A stretch of DNA of 62,079 nt, filler included, from Choristocarpus tenellus KU-1152 (GCA_964200185.2; 11 parts of 11 records of this genome joined end to end with filler, not necessarily neighbours in it), one strand, 5' to 3'; numbered from the whole stretch's first letter, positions 21,500-34,576 are shown. The notes: a model not told the origin generated them from the sequence alone. Translations and numbers: made by a program.

Positions 21500-21736
21500 A
21501 TTTCAATCTAATGTCTGTCCTAAACCCCTTCCCTGCCGAATGTTCCAACCTGGTGTTTTATTACGTTGCATCCCTGCTCTCTTAATCTTGGGGAAAATGC
21601 ATTTCACGACTACCGTCTTGCCACATCTGTAACATTCAACATCTCTATCTGGCCATTCCTTCCACCTACTATTCCATAGTGCATGACTTCTTTCCGACCT
21701 TGAACTCTTTCCTCCCCATGACTTGAAGGTCTTCAT
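21500..21736 (-). pseudogene. Decayed retrotransposon (Copia-like) gag zinc-knuckle fragment
   Basis: VECYRCGKT half-knuckle after a basic/Gly-Ser segment; the frame is broken. Confidence 0.4.
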
Positions 21737-21959
21737 ACTCGATCCTGATCATCCTGTTTACTTCCTGCAGGGTCCTATTATCCTGGTCACTGCATTCAGT
21801 AACAGTCAATACCTAAGAGTAACATTCCGGCAACTTACCCGGGATGTTCAAAATAAGGTCGGGATCTGAAATTTTGACTTCAAGGAAAGCACAACCAAGG
21901 CCATGTGATGTCGCAATACCTCATGCAGCAGGCACACTCACTGCCCACCCCTCCCAGTC

Positions 21960-22210
21960 AATGGCCTTGCGTGACGAGAAGGGATGGGTACATGTTGCAC
22001 TAGGTATTGCCGTGATCGATGGTATCATAGGTATGGAGACTTCGGGGGAACGTCAAATGGTGGAGAAGGCTTGGTCTTTTCTGACATGCTGCGTGATCGC
22101 GCAGCCTTGACTCTTCACAGGGCAAGGTCACTCAACAGTGGTTGGTTGGACATGGTCGTAAAGCGTAGGTACTTGAAAATATTCTTCAAATTCCAACCTA
22201 GTAGTCAATG
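21960..22210 (+). pseudogene. Possible Copia gag N-terminal fragment
   Basis: Frameshifted VEKAWSFLT...RARSLNSGW...FQP resembles Copia gag; weak. Confidence 0.3.
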
Positions 22211-22484
22211 ATTTCTTCTCCAAACCTTAACTTCAATTCTGGTACTCTCGCCTAGACCAAGAGGACACCACACCACCACTGGAATCGTGGTTCGCTATAG
22301 TACAGTGTCTTCTATTATCTGTGAATAATGACAATGACGTAAGAGTGTGTCTATTCATGAAATAATGTGTCTGTACACAAGATGCGCGTGCATTTCGCAC
22401 GAGGATTTTGAATTTGAGGTTAAGTTCCAAAAAAGTGAAGATAGGCAACTTCCTTGGAATCTTGGCAGGGGTGGGGTGGGAAGG

Positions 22485-23976
22485 ATGAAGCGCCCGCATG
22501 GAGGAGGGGGTGACGATTCCCTACGCTATTGCAAAGCCTTCTTGAGACGTCATCTGGCCAATTGGAACTTGGCACCATCTATGACAAGGACCGTAGGTGG
22601 TGAGGTACAGAATGGTCATCGACAATGGCCCATTGGACTTGAGTCTCAATGCGAGGAGTTAAGAAGGGTGAGTATGATGGTTGCTTCCTGTCACCCTCAA
22701 TGACCATGCTACTTGTAAACAGTGTATGGCTGAGATTGTTACCCATTGCTTATTTCCTCGGATATGCATTTCAGAATTGTGACAGCGTCCTAGCGGTTGT
22801 ATAGGAACAGCGTTGACGAAGATTTGCTTGATGCTTGGGCCGCCTTATTTATTTCCGCATCTTCATTTCTATATTCTATCACGAGGAACAGCTTTGCTGT
22901 GACACACCGATGGGCCGCAGTAACCCCTCGCCTAGTTTCTCCTTACACAGAACGCATTAAGAATTTTTTTCCGCACAACTTATATTGCTTTTGCCCGTGT
23001 TAAAATTCTCAAGCAGGTGTTAAGAAGAGTTGTTGTCGATAAGGAAAGTCATAGTGCTCTCCTTCTGGGATCCCGTGGGACGGGAAAGTCTCTTGTTCTG
23101 AATCTCGTGCTCAGGAGTCTAGCCAACGACTCGGGCGGAGAAGTTGGCGATGGGGAAGGTGTAATGTGAGTCTCCTCTGGGTTTGACACGAAACAACCAA
23201 TGATAAGAAATTTTCTTTTGCCATCAACTTTGAGGTTGAGACCCGTAGGGTACTGCTATCCAGCACAACAGCGCCCTGTCTGGTGACTATAGGCCACTGC
23301 GGATTTTTGAACCCATCACAACACAATACAACATCCAATTCCTGCTGTTGCAAATGTGTGCTTCCCACACATGCTCAGGGCCACCATAATTGAATGCAAT
23401 GGCCACAGGATACTTTTTTGTTTATGAGCTAGTATTGCCCTGGTAGGCGTTCCATTTTGTAGCAAAGAGATCGAACGGGTACATGTACACCTCCATTAGT
23501 ATTTCTCAACAAATACCTTTAAGGCCCAATATAGCGTATGTAAGAAGTCTTGCGACACACACCAAGCAAAAGTCTTTCAGTATCAATAGTTCTTTTTCTT
23601 ATCCCCTTTCTGTCTTGTTCAATAGAGCCACTTTCTGGATGAGAAAAAACGAGATATCTTGCCCCTTCCCCACTTTCTTTTCCTCCTCCTCCTTTCCATC
23701 TCACAACAGGGTTGAAGAAAGGGAAAGAGACGAAGAATGGGACCACTCTCAAGGGGTAGGGGCAAGTGAGGGTTTAGGTGGAACGACAGGTTCCTCAGCA
23801 GAAGGTAGCAACAGCAGTGGTAGTAAAGGTGGACAAGGAAAGACACCTCATGAAAGGGGGCCAGCTTTTCAATCAGTACATCTCAGTGGACTTATCCTGA
23901 CTGATGATGGAGTGGCCATGAAGGAGGTAGTGCATCAGCTAGGTGTTTCTTCCACAGGAAGCACCGCCTACAGCAG
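22485..23976 (+). CDS. ORC4: Origin recognition complex subunit 4, first three exons (22485-22667, 23017-23165, 23710-23976); 3' part beyond contig end
   Basis: PIGLESQCEELRRVLRRVVVDKESHSALLLGSRGTGKS (ORC4-type ES-x-S-LL-G-x-RG-x-GK Walker A) and VHLSGLILTDDGVAMKEVVHQL (cf. ORC4 VHLNGL..TDD..A..EI..QL). Splice phases are consistent. Confidence 0.85.
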
Positions 23977-24917
23977 GTAAGGAGAAACTACCCCCTTGTC
24001 CACCCTTTTCATTTATTTTGCTTGTTTTTTTGTTTCGGATCCATTTCACCAAGTGTAGAATAGAGGGATAGAGTTCTAGTATCTATCCTTCCAGCTATCG
24101 ATTGACTTCAGGGCGTGATTTCCTTGGGCAAGATTGCATCGTTGTGTGAGGTGTGTGTGTGTGTATTTTTCTGATCTGTTTTTGTTTCACTTCTGCGAGT
24201 CCCATTCCCCTTGTTCCTCATTTTTCATGAGATTATTTCTTGCCTTAATACTGAATTGGCACGATTTTTCCTCAAAAACATATCATACTGCTATTGCTTT
24301 TCCAGGCTATGAGATATGCGCACGCATGTGTGTGTGTGTGTGTGTTTTGTGAATCAAGTGCCATTATCTGTCAATCACACAGGAGCACCATAGGCTCTAG
24401 TACGCTGCACCATCTTTGCACAAGACACTATCATTGGTTTCTCCCACAACATTACTTTGAAAATTATTGTGGAGGGGGGTTGCTACTAGAGGAATCATTA
24501 ATCCAGTTTTGTCAAGTGAGGTTCAGCTCCCCAAGTATGTCGTGGTATCAAGAGTGTTTCAACTTGAATGTGTATGCTATGACCACTGTATGACTAGTGA
24601 GCATCATACAGCGAAGTCAGAGTTTTCTCATCCTGATCTCACAAAGATTTTTAACGACCACATACTTTCAAAATTATAAATTCCCTTCATTGAACGGTTC
24701 ATGTGAAGAAAAAAAAAGGTTGTATATTGTAAATCAAGGCCTGCTCACAATCATCTGCACATCACCCACTGAAGATTGTTTGCTTATGTCTGACATGATT
24801 TCCCTCTTCCTCCCCCCNNNNNNNNNNNNNNNNNNNNNNNNNNNNNNNNNNNNNNNNNNNNTTAATTAATTAANNNNNNNNNNNNNNNNNNNNNNNNNNN
24901 NNNNNNNNNNNNNNNNN

Positions 24918-24983
24918 CTAGTCTGTGAATTGGATTTGACTTGTACATCCTGGAAAGGTGAGCATTGAGGGGCGCCTGTAACA
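24918..24983 (+). mobile_element. 3' end of an LTR of the TGTTACAG...CTGTAACA family, abutting Gypsy copy 1
   Basis: Reverse complement of 31907-31960; homologous to 42272-42326; ends CTGTAACA. Confidence 0.75.
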
Positions 24984-27900
24984 CTCACGCCTAGTGTTCA
25001 AGGGGAACTAACTCACGCCACGCTATGTCGGACACTACTACCCCCACACCTGCTGCAACATCACATACCAGCAGCAATAACAAAGAGAAGTCCGCAACTC
25101 GCAAGGGGAAGAAGAAGACGATCCATGCAACCCCAACAACTGAAGGAGGTAACGAGTGGGGTAGTATAAACGCCCAACCTCAACCGAGTCCCGCGTCTAT
25201 TTCTGTAGACAGAGGCATCCCTGGTGGCTCGCTAGAGCAGGAAGGGATGGCGGAGCAGAGGCTGAGGGAAGACCCTGCCCGTAATTCGGACCTGAACCGG
25301 TTCAGCGTGTTGACTGAAGATCACGAGGAAAAAGGCGAACACAGTGCGGTGGCGACATTCAATATCCAGACGTACATGAATCGCCAACTCGTCTACGCTA
25401 AGATTGTCCATGAGGCGATTAAGGGGACTTCGCATGACAAAGATTTGGTGGCAGCGGCCATGCAAACTTTAAATATGAAGACGAGTATATTGTCCCACCT
25501 TACCTCGACCATACTCACTGGGGCTAGGTACTTGATCCTTGATCATGATACATCTTCTCACAAAGACTTACCCCATGAGTTCTGGAGCACAGGCTTTGTC
25601 CTATTCCCCCGTTGCCAAATTTCAAAGATGGGTTAGACATTTCCCTCATGTATATCTACAAAACCACAAAAAGGGTTCTATTTGTCAGTTTTTATTGGTG
25701 ATCAAAACAGGTACTGCCTGTCAGAAATCTATATTATTCCTCCAATAAATCCTTTAGGGTAACATAGAACCACAGGAGGAGAGAGTGAAAAATGAGAGAG
25801 TATAGAGATGCCCTACTGATTCTGTTTCCCTGGAATCTATAAGGTTCGGAAGTCAAAGAAAACTAGGGATTTAGTGTTTTGGGCAGACTCAGATGTGGGA
25901 GAGAGCAAATAAGACCCAACAAGGTAAACATTCAAGGTCAGCACACCAAAAGTTGCCACAAGCAGGACATGTAACAACTATTGCATCTGCTCTTTCTTTT
26001 TCCCCACAACCGATTTTGGACGTGGGTGACATGTCTTTTATATCTCAAATGTGTTGTTCCACTTTGTCATATTGTTGGCACACATCAGCAATCCAACACT
26101 ATTCTAACTCCCCTCGCGTGCTCAATGTTTTATCTCGCCGCGTAAGAATTCCTGGGTATGTTGAAAATGAACCTTTAATGAGTATTACCGTTGATACTGC
26201 TACTGACATTCCAGAAATATCTCTCAGATACATTGAAGCCCACCCAACACTTTGCAAGGCACCAATTCGGGAGATTCCAGCAGGTGCTCTGAATTTAAAA
26301 GGAGCAGGTGGTAGACCTCTCTCTGTAACTGGTTCCATTCAGATTACACTACAATTTGGTGACATATCAATGCCTGTCCAAGCAGTCGTCCTACCTAATC
26401 TGGGAGTAGATATGATTTTGTAGGATAACAGCATTATGTCGGCATTTGGGGCAGTGCTAGACTGGGATAGAGAGGAGATGTCGTTTAAAGACAGTGATCA
26501 ATGCATTCCAGCAAGACAAAAAATCTTACCCCTTCCCATCTGTTCCCCCCCAAAAGATTTTTGCCAGACTGAAAATGCATCTCATGTTTCAATTTCACTA
26601 ATCATATCTGAATTCAATACACCAGTGCACACAGTAAAAAATATATTCCTTCCCTCTGGCAAGGAAACACTTGTTCCAGTTTGTTCTCAGACAATTCGAG
26701 GAACAGCTACCGATGCGGTGGTGGAACCTATCATTTACACTGGCACAAACCTCCAGCATGAGGACGACATACATCCCCACTGGCAACACATAATGGTCAG
26801 TCGTACCCTCACTGTTTGGGAAGAAGATGGAGGATGTCTAGTCAAAATTGCCAATTTGTCTCAAAAAGGGATCAAGTTACCAGCTGAGTTTGTAGTTGGT
26901 CATGTTTCCCCTGTTTCAAAAACATACACCTTGTCAGACACCACAGTAAGTGCAGTTGCAGCCACATCATCTACTCCTGAAGAACTGAAACAAGCTAGGG
27001 AAGAATTGAAGTTGGTTTTTTCTAAGAAGGCTTTTACAAATACTCAACTGACACTGTGTGAACAAGAGGAATTACTAGATATAGTGGCTAAATTCAGACC
27101 AGTCTTTTCATTGTCCGAAAAAGAATTAGGTTGTTGTACCACTACGTCTGTTAACTTTCCACTACAACTAGGCACTAAACCTGTTAGTAGACCACCGTAC
27201 CAAAATTACGCGACACTATTCGACAATGCGTAACTGATATGGAGAATCATGGTATTATAAAACCCTCATCTAGTCCATGGGCATCCCCTGTTACCATTGT
27301 TGCCAAACCAGATGGATCACCTCGATTCTGTGTGGATTTTAGAGGAACCATAAATAAACATTTGATACGTAATTCATGGCCTTTGCCATCCATGGATGAT
27401 GAGTCTTATCCACGTTGGGGGGTTCAAAATATTTTTAGATATTCAATCAGCCTACTGGCAACTACCGATCACTGATGAACGCGAACGAAAAAAAACTGCC
27501 TTCATCACGCCGGATGGGAAATATGAGTTTCAGAGGTTACCATTTGGAGTACAAAATGCACCGTGGATCTTCCAACGCTTTATGCCTGAAACCTTTTCCA
27601 GTATCTGTCCTAGCTCAGGGTTGTTGACATATTTAGATGATATTATTTTAGCCTCTCCATCATGGACACACAATAAACAGTTGATCACTACAGTTTTGTC
27701 ACTGTTACAAGATGTAGGGGTTACGTTAAAGCCGTCCAAGGCTCAATTTGGCTCAAAACAAATCCATTATTTGGGACATGATGTTAGCCCACAAGGAATT
27801 GCTATATCCCAAGCTCGTGTTGAAGCTATATTAGAGATGCATCCTCCTCAAACCGTGAAAGGCTTGCAATCGTTTTTAGGTTCAACGAACTTTGTTAGGA

Positions 27901-29078
27901 AATACATTCCCCACCTAGCAACAGCAACAGAACCGTTGATTGAATTGATTCGCCAAGCACAAAAAGTAAAGTCACACAAAGAGTCCACCTCAGTAAAACG
28001 AGCAAAGAAAGACCACAAGGATATCTTATCTAGATGGAATCGACCACAACAGACTGCTTTTGACGAGTGCAAACGACTGTTATCAACGGCTCCAGTGCTA
28101 CACTTTCCTGATTTTTCTAAGGAAATATTTATTCATGTAGATGCCAGTAATGTTGGGACAGGGGCGTTTTTAGCACATAAAATTGAAGAAGACAATTTTG
28201 ATATAATTGCATACCATAGTGCCTTACTTTCCCCCTCCCAACGTAAATATTCTGCCACACAGAAAGAGTGTCTTGCAGTTATTCTGGCAATCCAACATTG
28301 GAGACCATATATTTGGGGTAAACATTTCACAGTTATCCCTGATCATTTAGCCTTACGGTGGCTGCATACGATGCAAGATACGTCCAACCTGTTAACTCGA
28401 TAGACCTTAGCTTTGCAAAGGTTTGATTTTACCGTGCTTCATAAGCCTGGCAGATTATATTACATCCCAGATATGTTGTCACGTCCTCAACTGGAAGAAT
28501 TTTGTAAACATGAATCTGAACCAGCACCCCTAAGTCCTATATGTCGAGATGTGGGTAAAAAAACCCACTGATGCAAGTTCTCAAGCAAGCAAGGTATACC
28601 CTGCCTATAAATTGTCTGTGGATCGACTAGGTGAAATCACCAAAGTGGCAAATGACTCTGAGCTCTTTGCAAGCTCCACCAATATGTTCCCTGTAATTGA
28701 TACGGAAGTTCTAGCCAAGGCCCAACATGAGCAGTATGAAGCTTATTTTCAATACCTGGGAGACCCCAACAATACAGCATTACCCAGTAAGGAAAGGTCT
28801 ACACCATGTCATATTTTTTCACTCAAGAACGAGAAAATAGACTTTTACTTTACCGGTCGTATCAACCTGGTCACCTTCGCAAAAACGGAGAATTTCGAGA
28901 TCAGTTAGTAGCCCCAACAGAGGTTCATGGTTTAATTTTACATGCCCTACATGATAATAAAGTTGCCGGCCATCTTGCTTTCAAGCACACCTTTGACCGA
29001 GTTCGTGATAGATTTTGGTGGCCAACCTTACATAAAGACGTGAGGGAGTGGTGTGAATCTTGCCAGTCCTGTCAGAGG
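24984..29078 (+). mobile_element. Ty3/Gypsy retrotransposon copy 1 (ORF1, protease, dUTPase-like spacer, RT, RNase H, integrase Zn finger), degenerate and truncated by contig end
   Basis: ITVDTATD protease; SPWASPVTIVAKPDGSPRFCVDFR; KTAFITPDGKYEFQRLPFG; YLDD; HVDASNVG...YSATQKECLA RNase H; HDNKVAGHLAF...FWWP...CESCQSCQR. Several stops and frameshifts. Confidence 0.95.
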
Positions 29079-29178
29079 NNNNNNNNNNNNNNNNNNNNNN
29101 NNNNNNNNNNNNNNNNNNNNNNTTAATTAATTAANNNNNNNNNNNNNNNNNNNNNNNNNNNNNNNNNNNNNNNNNNNN

Positions 29179-29238
29179 CGACATGAAAAAATTGACCCCA
29201 AATGGACAGCCACTACCCCCTCCCAGATACTTTGAGCC
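29179..29238 (+). mobile_element. Right end of MITE family 2
   Basis: AAATGGACAGCC...CCCAGATACTTTGAGCC matches the right end of 31254-31414; followed by ACT. Confidence 0.75.
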
Positions 29239-31253
29239 ACTGAAGATTGTCAACTTTGAGGAATAGTGAAGGAGAGGTGGCGGGGACAACAGGGGTGGGT
29301 AAAGCAAACGGCAGTTTTGACCTGTGAATACCAACCACGATCTGTTCAAGACGTTGCCCACAGAGTTCTTCAAGAGTTTCCATGGCCTAGACCATACAGT
29401 AGTGTGAATGATGTCAAACTCGCTGTCCTGGTTCTTGACCACGAACATGGCTAAAGGCAAAGACCTTGGCTCCACTCTCAGCCTGGCTGGCTGGCTGGTG
29501 GAGTGTGAACTGGATGACGGTGAGGTCGACGATGCTGGGTAAGGAGGGCCATTTAGACGACTTGCCATTTTGCAGCTCAGTACCTTCCCCATTGACGTTC
29601 TCCAATGGACTGGGCGCCCCTTACACTGGAGTAGGACGAAAAAACCCACCACAGATAGAGTGGCGGGTCGGAATCCTTGTACTCCTTGTCTTCACCCTTG
29701 AGAATACTCCTCAGTGAATCATTCTGATGTGCAGGAGATGGATTCATTTGGTATAACAGATTTATGTGGGACCTCGTTTCTTTTTCTTGGACACCCTTCA
29801 ACCTCTCTGTCTCACTGCAGGAAACCTAGCACACCCAGGGGTCAGAATCCTGTTGTTGGAGGTGGTATCAATGCTCGGATCTCTGAACGTGGGTGGTAAT
29901 GATCATCACAGGGTTTTGTTGATGAGACAGCGGTGAGCTGAACAGGAACAGGGTCAAGATGAAGGAGGGTGAAGATGAGCTGAGATGGATTGTCAAGGAA
30001 TGAATCTCAAGACAATGAGTGTAGCTGCATGAACAAGGTGTGCGTGGATGAACCTGAACAGATGAATTGGAACAGTTCGTAACACAACACAACCAATGCG
30101 AATCACTGATGATGACCTCAAATGATCAAGAATAACTCAAGAGGGTCTCGAAGATATCATCACTCAAGAGGACCTGAGACAAGACAAGGAATCGATGGAT
30201 ATTCCGACCAGAACTGAAAGCAAGAATTCAAGCTGATTCTGACAAGACCTGGGACGAAGAGTCTATGGAGGATGGCCAGCACAAGTAGGTCAAGGTGAAC
30301 AGTATAAGGACTCTGAACAAGAGATGTGCCAATTGAGGTATATCCTCGAAGTCAGAAACCAGGAAAGACCCTTCATGAAAATATCAGATATGTGCCACCA
30401 GAGTTGTCTCTTGAACTCTGCAAACCAGAAAGACTAGTGTATGAATTGCGACGGTTCAGTCGGCTTAGATTAATAACTGGAAAGACAGAATAAACGAATG
30501 AGCTGAAAAGTTCACTTGTTTGTATTTTAGAGCACATTACAAGTAGGTCACACAACCGTCCTTATTTTTAATCAAAACCAAGACATAAATGAACAATAGT
30601 CCACATCCATTTCAAATATTATAGGAGAACATGCCTCTGGAGATGAGAAAAAGAGAGGAAAGAGTAACAAAATTTCATGGCTTTGGAGAGCCTTTCTTGA
30701 ACGTGGGGAGATATCGCCTGGTAGCACAACACGCCACTCAGCGATCTGCGCGCGTTCTGCGCGCATTGCCTCGTGGATCGAATGTTCATTCCAATTACTA
30801 CTCGATTTTCTCCTAGCAGATTTAATTGAATGGTAAACTCTTTCGTTTCATAACACAGCAGCAGTGAGAAAATCCCTTATGAGACTCAACGTGAGATGTG
30901 CCACTGGAGGTTTCGCTCAGACTTGCTCTCCAAAGAATTGAGAATATGCCAGTATGAGCCAAAATTAATATGGAGCAGGAGGAACCAATATAGAACATGA
31001 CCCATGCCTCATCAAAGAGTAGGGACAATAATAACACAACACTGTAACAAACTAATTTATTTAGGCTCCTCTGGGAGGGACTGGACCCCTAACTCAGGAG
31101 TTGTGCGTCGGACAGGGAAGGAGAGGAGGGACCATGACGTAACTCCTTGCATATGTGTATATGAGGATGCTTACTATTATCATGTTGAAGCCAAGGTGTG
31201 GCATCGAGATCTGACCCCACATACGGGCTATACTACAATACTTGAAGTGTAGT

Positions 31254-31414
31254 GGGTCAAAGTATCTGTGTGTGGGGGGGGTGTCTACACCAGGCTGTCC
31301 ATTCGGGCCCTGACCAGGAGAAGTGCACTTACATTATCCACCCGACGCATGCAACCAAAGCACCCAAAAATCGCCCAAATGGACAGCCATCAACCCCCCC
31401 CAGATACTTGAGTC
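31254..31414 (+). mobile_element. MITE family 2, complete 161-bp copy with 3-bp TSD (AGT)
   Basis: TIRs GGGTCAAAGTATCTG...GGCTGTCCATT and AATGGACAGCC...CAGATACTTGAGTC; AGT on both sides. Confidence 0.8.
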
Positions 31415-31906
31415 AGTAGGACTTTATAGTGTTGGTCTGTAGGATTTTTTTTTTGTGGTATTCTCTTCCACACACTTCATACAACTACTATTTGGTAAGT
31501 GGTTATGATACTCCTCGATCCCTTCTGTTGTTGTCGTTGTATTGTATACTTCCATATTTTTCTTCTCCACTCTCTACTACATTAAGTATTGTTGTTGTTG
31601 CGTTCTTTAGTTTCTCTCTACAGCATGTTTCTTTTCCCTACATAATAGCGCGATCTGTTGGTTGGGGAAAATAATAATATATAATAAGTGAAGTGTACCT
31701 TGTCAAGCTGATCTCCAATGAAAAACAGTTTTTTACATTGGATTCCTTGATGTTATTTACGCCAAAATCACTCTTCGCCACTTTCCTCGTGCCCATCAAT
31801 CCACCAATCCACTGCCACGTCAAAAGCCCCTATCTATCTATGTCAATTCTGACTGATTTCGGCAGACTTCCCTCACACTGCCTTTCTTAGTACTGGTGTA
31901 CTGTAC

Positions 31907-32156
31907 TGTTACAGGCGCCCCTCAATGCTCACCTTCCCGGATGTACAACTCAAATCCAACGACCTCAAAACGATGCTACGAGGGGAGTCCACAGATGATA
32001 ACCACGTACAGTGTCAGCTTGATGTTTAGATCAGTCGATGTCTTGCTTTCGCTTTATCAAAAGAGGTTCAATCAAAAAGAATTGAGGGCGTGGTGGTCCG
32101 CATCAGGCTTCTATTAGCATCATCCACCAGTTTTCTACAGCCAAAGAGTTAAATGA
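31907..32156 (-). mobile_element. LTR (TGTTACAG family), partial, cut by contig end
   Basis: TGTTACAGGCGCCCCTCAATGCTCACC...AACTCAAATCCAAC...AAAACGATGCTA matches 35915-35990 and 24918-24983. The right boundary is approximate. Confidence 0.7.
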
Positions 32157-33795
32157 NNNNNNNNNNNNNNNNNNNNNNNNNNNNNNNNNNNNNNNNNNNN
32201 TTAATTAATTAANNNNNNNNNNNNNNNNNNNNNNNNNNNNNNNNNNNNNNNNNNNNGGGGGTGTTCAGGTCAATGGGGACCATCTGCGTAGCGAGATGGA
32301 TCTGGGACTGAAACAGGGAGGTGAATCAAAATCAAGTACGTTCCGTTGCACTGCACGCATCTCATGCTGTAGCCACGTATCTCTATGAAGTTACGATTTC
32401 TACATTTCCCCTGTCTTGGTTTCTCTGTTTGTGCTCTTTTCCATCTGTTTTGGGGTGGTTGTTCTAGTCACAGGTGCAAGTCATATATTTTGGTAAGATT
32501 ACAAGAGTTTCTGTAGGTGAAAGGTATTACGAAAATTCTTTACATGTCCTGCGGTTTACGTAATTGCACGATAGTATTACAACGAGGGGACAAGCAATAC
32601 TTATTTGGATAATTGGTATCTTCGAGTAAGGGCATTGCCATAGCCTATTGTTTGCTCTCTCCTCCACCTCATGAGTTCCATCTCTTGCTCCAAGGCTTAC
32701 GTGCCTTGCTACAGCCAATGAGAGCAATATGTCAAGCACTTGTTTACATCCTCTTATGCATGTCAGTGCTTTTTTTTGTGACCTTATTTTTTACTAGTTT
32801 GAACTACTGTTATTACTACTACGTAGCATATAGTGTATTGTTAGTATTATTATTTAATAGTACAAAAAAAAAATCTCATCGAGGGGTCCTAGACCTGCAA
32901 CTAATGGTAATGCTGGAGGAGGAACAAACATAAAAAGCAGAAAAAAACACTTTTTGAGAAGAAAATAATATTATGGATGATAGGCGACACCAGCCAAGAC
33001 CCAGGCACTACTCTCTCACTACTACCCATCAGAGGGCATAACAATGTCAATGACTCTATCAGTATCACCAATTTCCCAAGGGGAACAGAATTTCAGAAAT
33101 GCATCCATTCCATCCATCCAAGAAGAGGTGAAAAAATCCTTGTGCTGTGAACTGCAATGGTTCACTGGTGTTGACTCAATTATTCAAGAGATAAATCAAG
33201 ATTGTAACAGTCTAGTTTTTTATTGGAAGTCGTTTTTTAATATGTATTTTACTGTGCGCATGAGTGTTGTGTTATTCTATTTTAATGATTTCAGTTTACT
33301 TGGTGTTTTCTCAAAGCCACCTAGCGATGCTTGGTGTGCTTCGTGGCGTTCCCCCCCCCCTCAATAGTTTTGGCTCTCTCTTGATTCAATCAAGAATTTC
33401 TTTTTTAATTATTTTTTTTGAACGCATTTTTATACAGTGATTTCGAACACTGTTGGATTGATCCCTTCTTTAGAACACTAGAAAAAGACAACAAAGAGAA
33501 CAATGCGAAAGAAGTTCAACAGGTATTGCAGTAGTGAGTGCGGCCCTGGGGCTAAGTGAGCAGGGTCATCCTTTCTTTGTATATCTCCTTCTCGACAGAA
33601 TAGAGACATGTGATCGTATCAATGTACTCAAGGCAATGCTCACCCTTTACACATCCAGACGCCGCTTTTCTATGGTTCCCATGTGTGGTAAAGTACATCC
33701 ATATGTCCAGAAATTGCTGCGTGCTTCTTGAGCTGCATACACTGCCTTGATGCTCACCTCACATATTCCTCCCAAATTGCTTTGACATAAAAAAG

Positions 33796-33922
33796 ACCCC
33801 CTTCTTCGGAGGGCAATCCTGGTGCTACCATTTATCAGCATGGTCACTGAGAAGGTGACACACCTGCAGCAAGTGGTTGCACCCTACAATCGTAGGCGAC
33901 CAAAGAGAGATCGCATCAAGGT
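33796..33922 (+). CDS. Isolated exon of a Ski2-like helicase (HELQ / DNA polymerase theta helicase motif Ia region)
   Basis: RRAILVLPFISMVTEKVTHLQQVV...RIKV resembles POLQ/HELQ KALFILPFVSVAKEK..YL, followed by a GTGAG donor. No flanking exons were recognised. Confidence 0.5.
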
Positions 33923-34451
33923 GTGAGCAGATTGGGTCTAGGATTTTTTTGTTCTTGTGTACAGGGATGCGATGAGGAGGACGATTGAAGGAGGGGTACT
34001 GTTGTTATGACATGACATGCATTGTGAAGGTGCAAGAGAGTGCAGATAGTAGTGGTGAGACCGAGATGTGGAGAGCGGTGATATGATGGCATCAATAAAA
34101 TGATTCAGAGTGATCCTGCTCTATTGATGGGGGGCAGAAGGTTGCAGGGCGAATGCATCTCATTTGCTCAATTGACAGTTACACCATTCAACTCTATTCC
34201 ACCAAGTGTAAAAAATTGATTTTCGCACCATATTCCATCTTCCCTCCATTGTGTGTTGTTAGAAATCTTGATACGACTACGGAGGAAGTATTTTAATCAC
34301 CACCGGGGGTCAGACCTCAACGATTCAATGCTTAGGGTAGGGGGTTAATTGTTTTCATGAATTGTATGGCTGTTGCTGCTGGGTTCTGTTGACTTTGTTA
34401 TGTGGAGAGTGCTATATACATTGTTATAATAATGTTAGCCATGGAACTGCA

Positions 34452-34576
34452 GGTACATCAATTGGTTGAGCGGTACATCGTTTGGCTGAGGAGTACATCA
34501 TTTGGTTGAGAAGTACATCATTTGGTTGAGGGTACATCATTTGGTTGAGGAGTACATCATTTGGTTGAGGAGTACA
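34452..34576. repeat. Minisatellite, 20-bp unit GAGGAGTACATCATTTGGTT, ~6 copies
   Basis: Directly visible head-to-tail units without spacers. Confidence 0.9.

Noticed and set aside
24977-25025. Idea that the Gypsy family is LTR-less and starts at TGTAACA just before ORF1
   Set aside because: The TGTAACA is the end of a separate LTR family (matches 31907, 35915, 42326). That explains the homology break between the two Gypsy copies, and both contigs end too soon to see the true 5' end.
34452-34576. CRISPR-like array
   Set aside because: Units are head-to-tail with no unique spacers, no cas genes are present, and the context is eukaryotic: a minisatellite.
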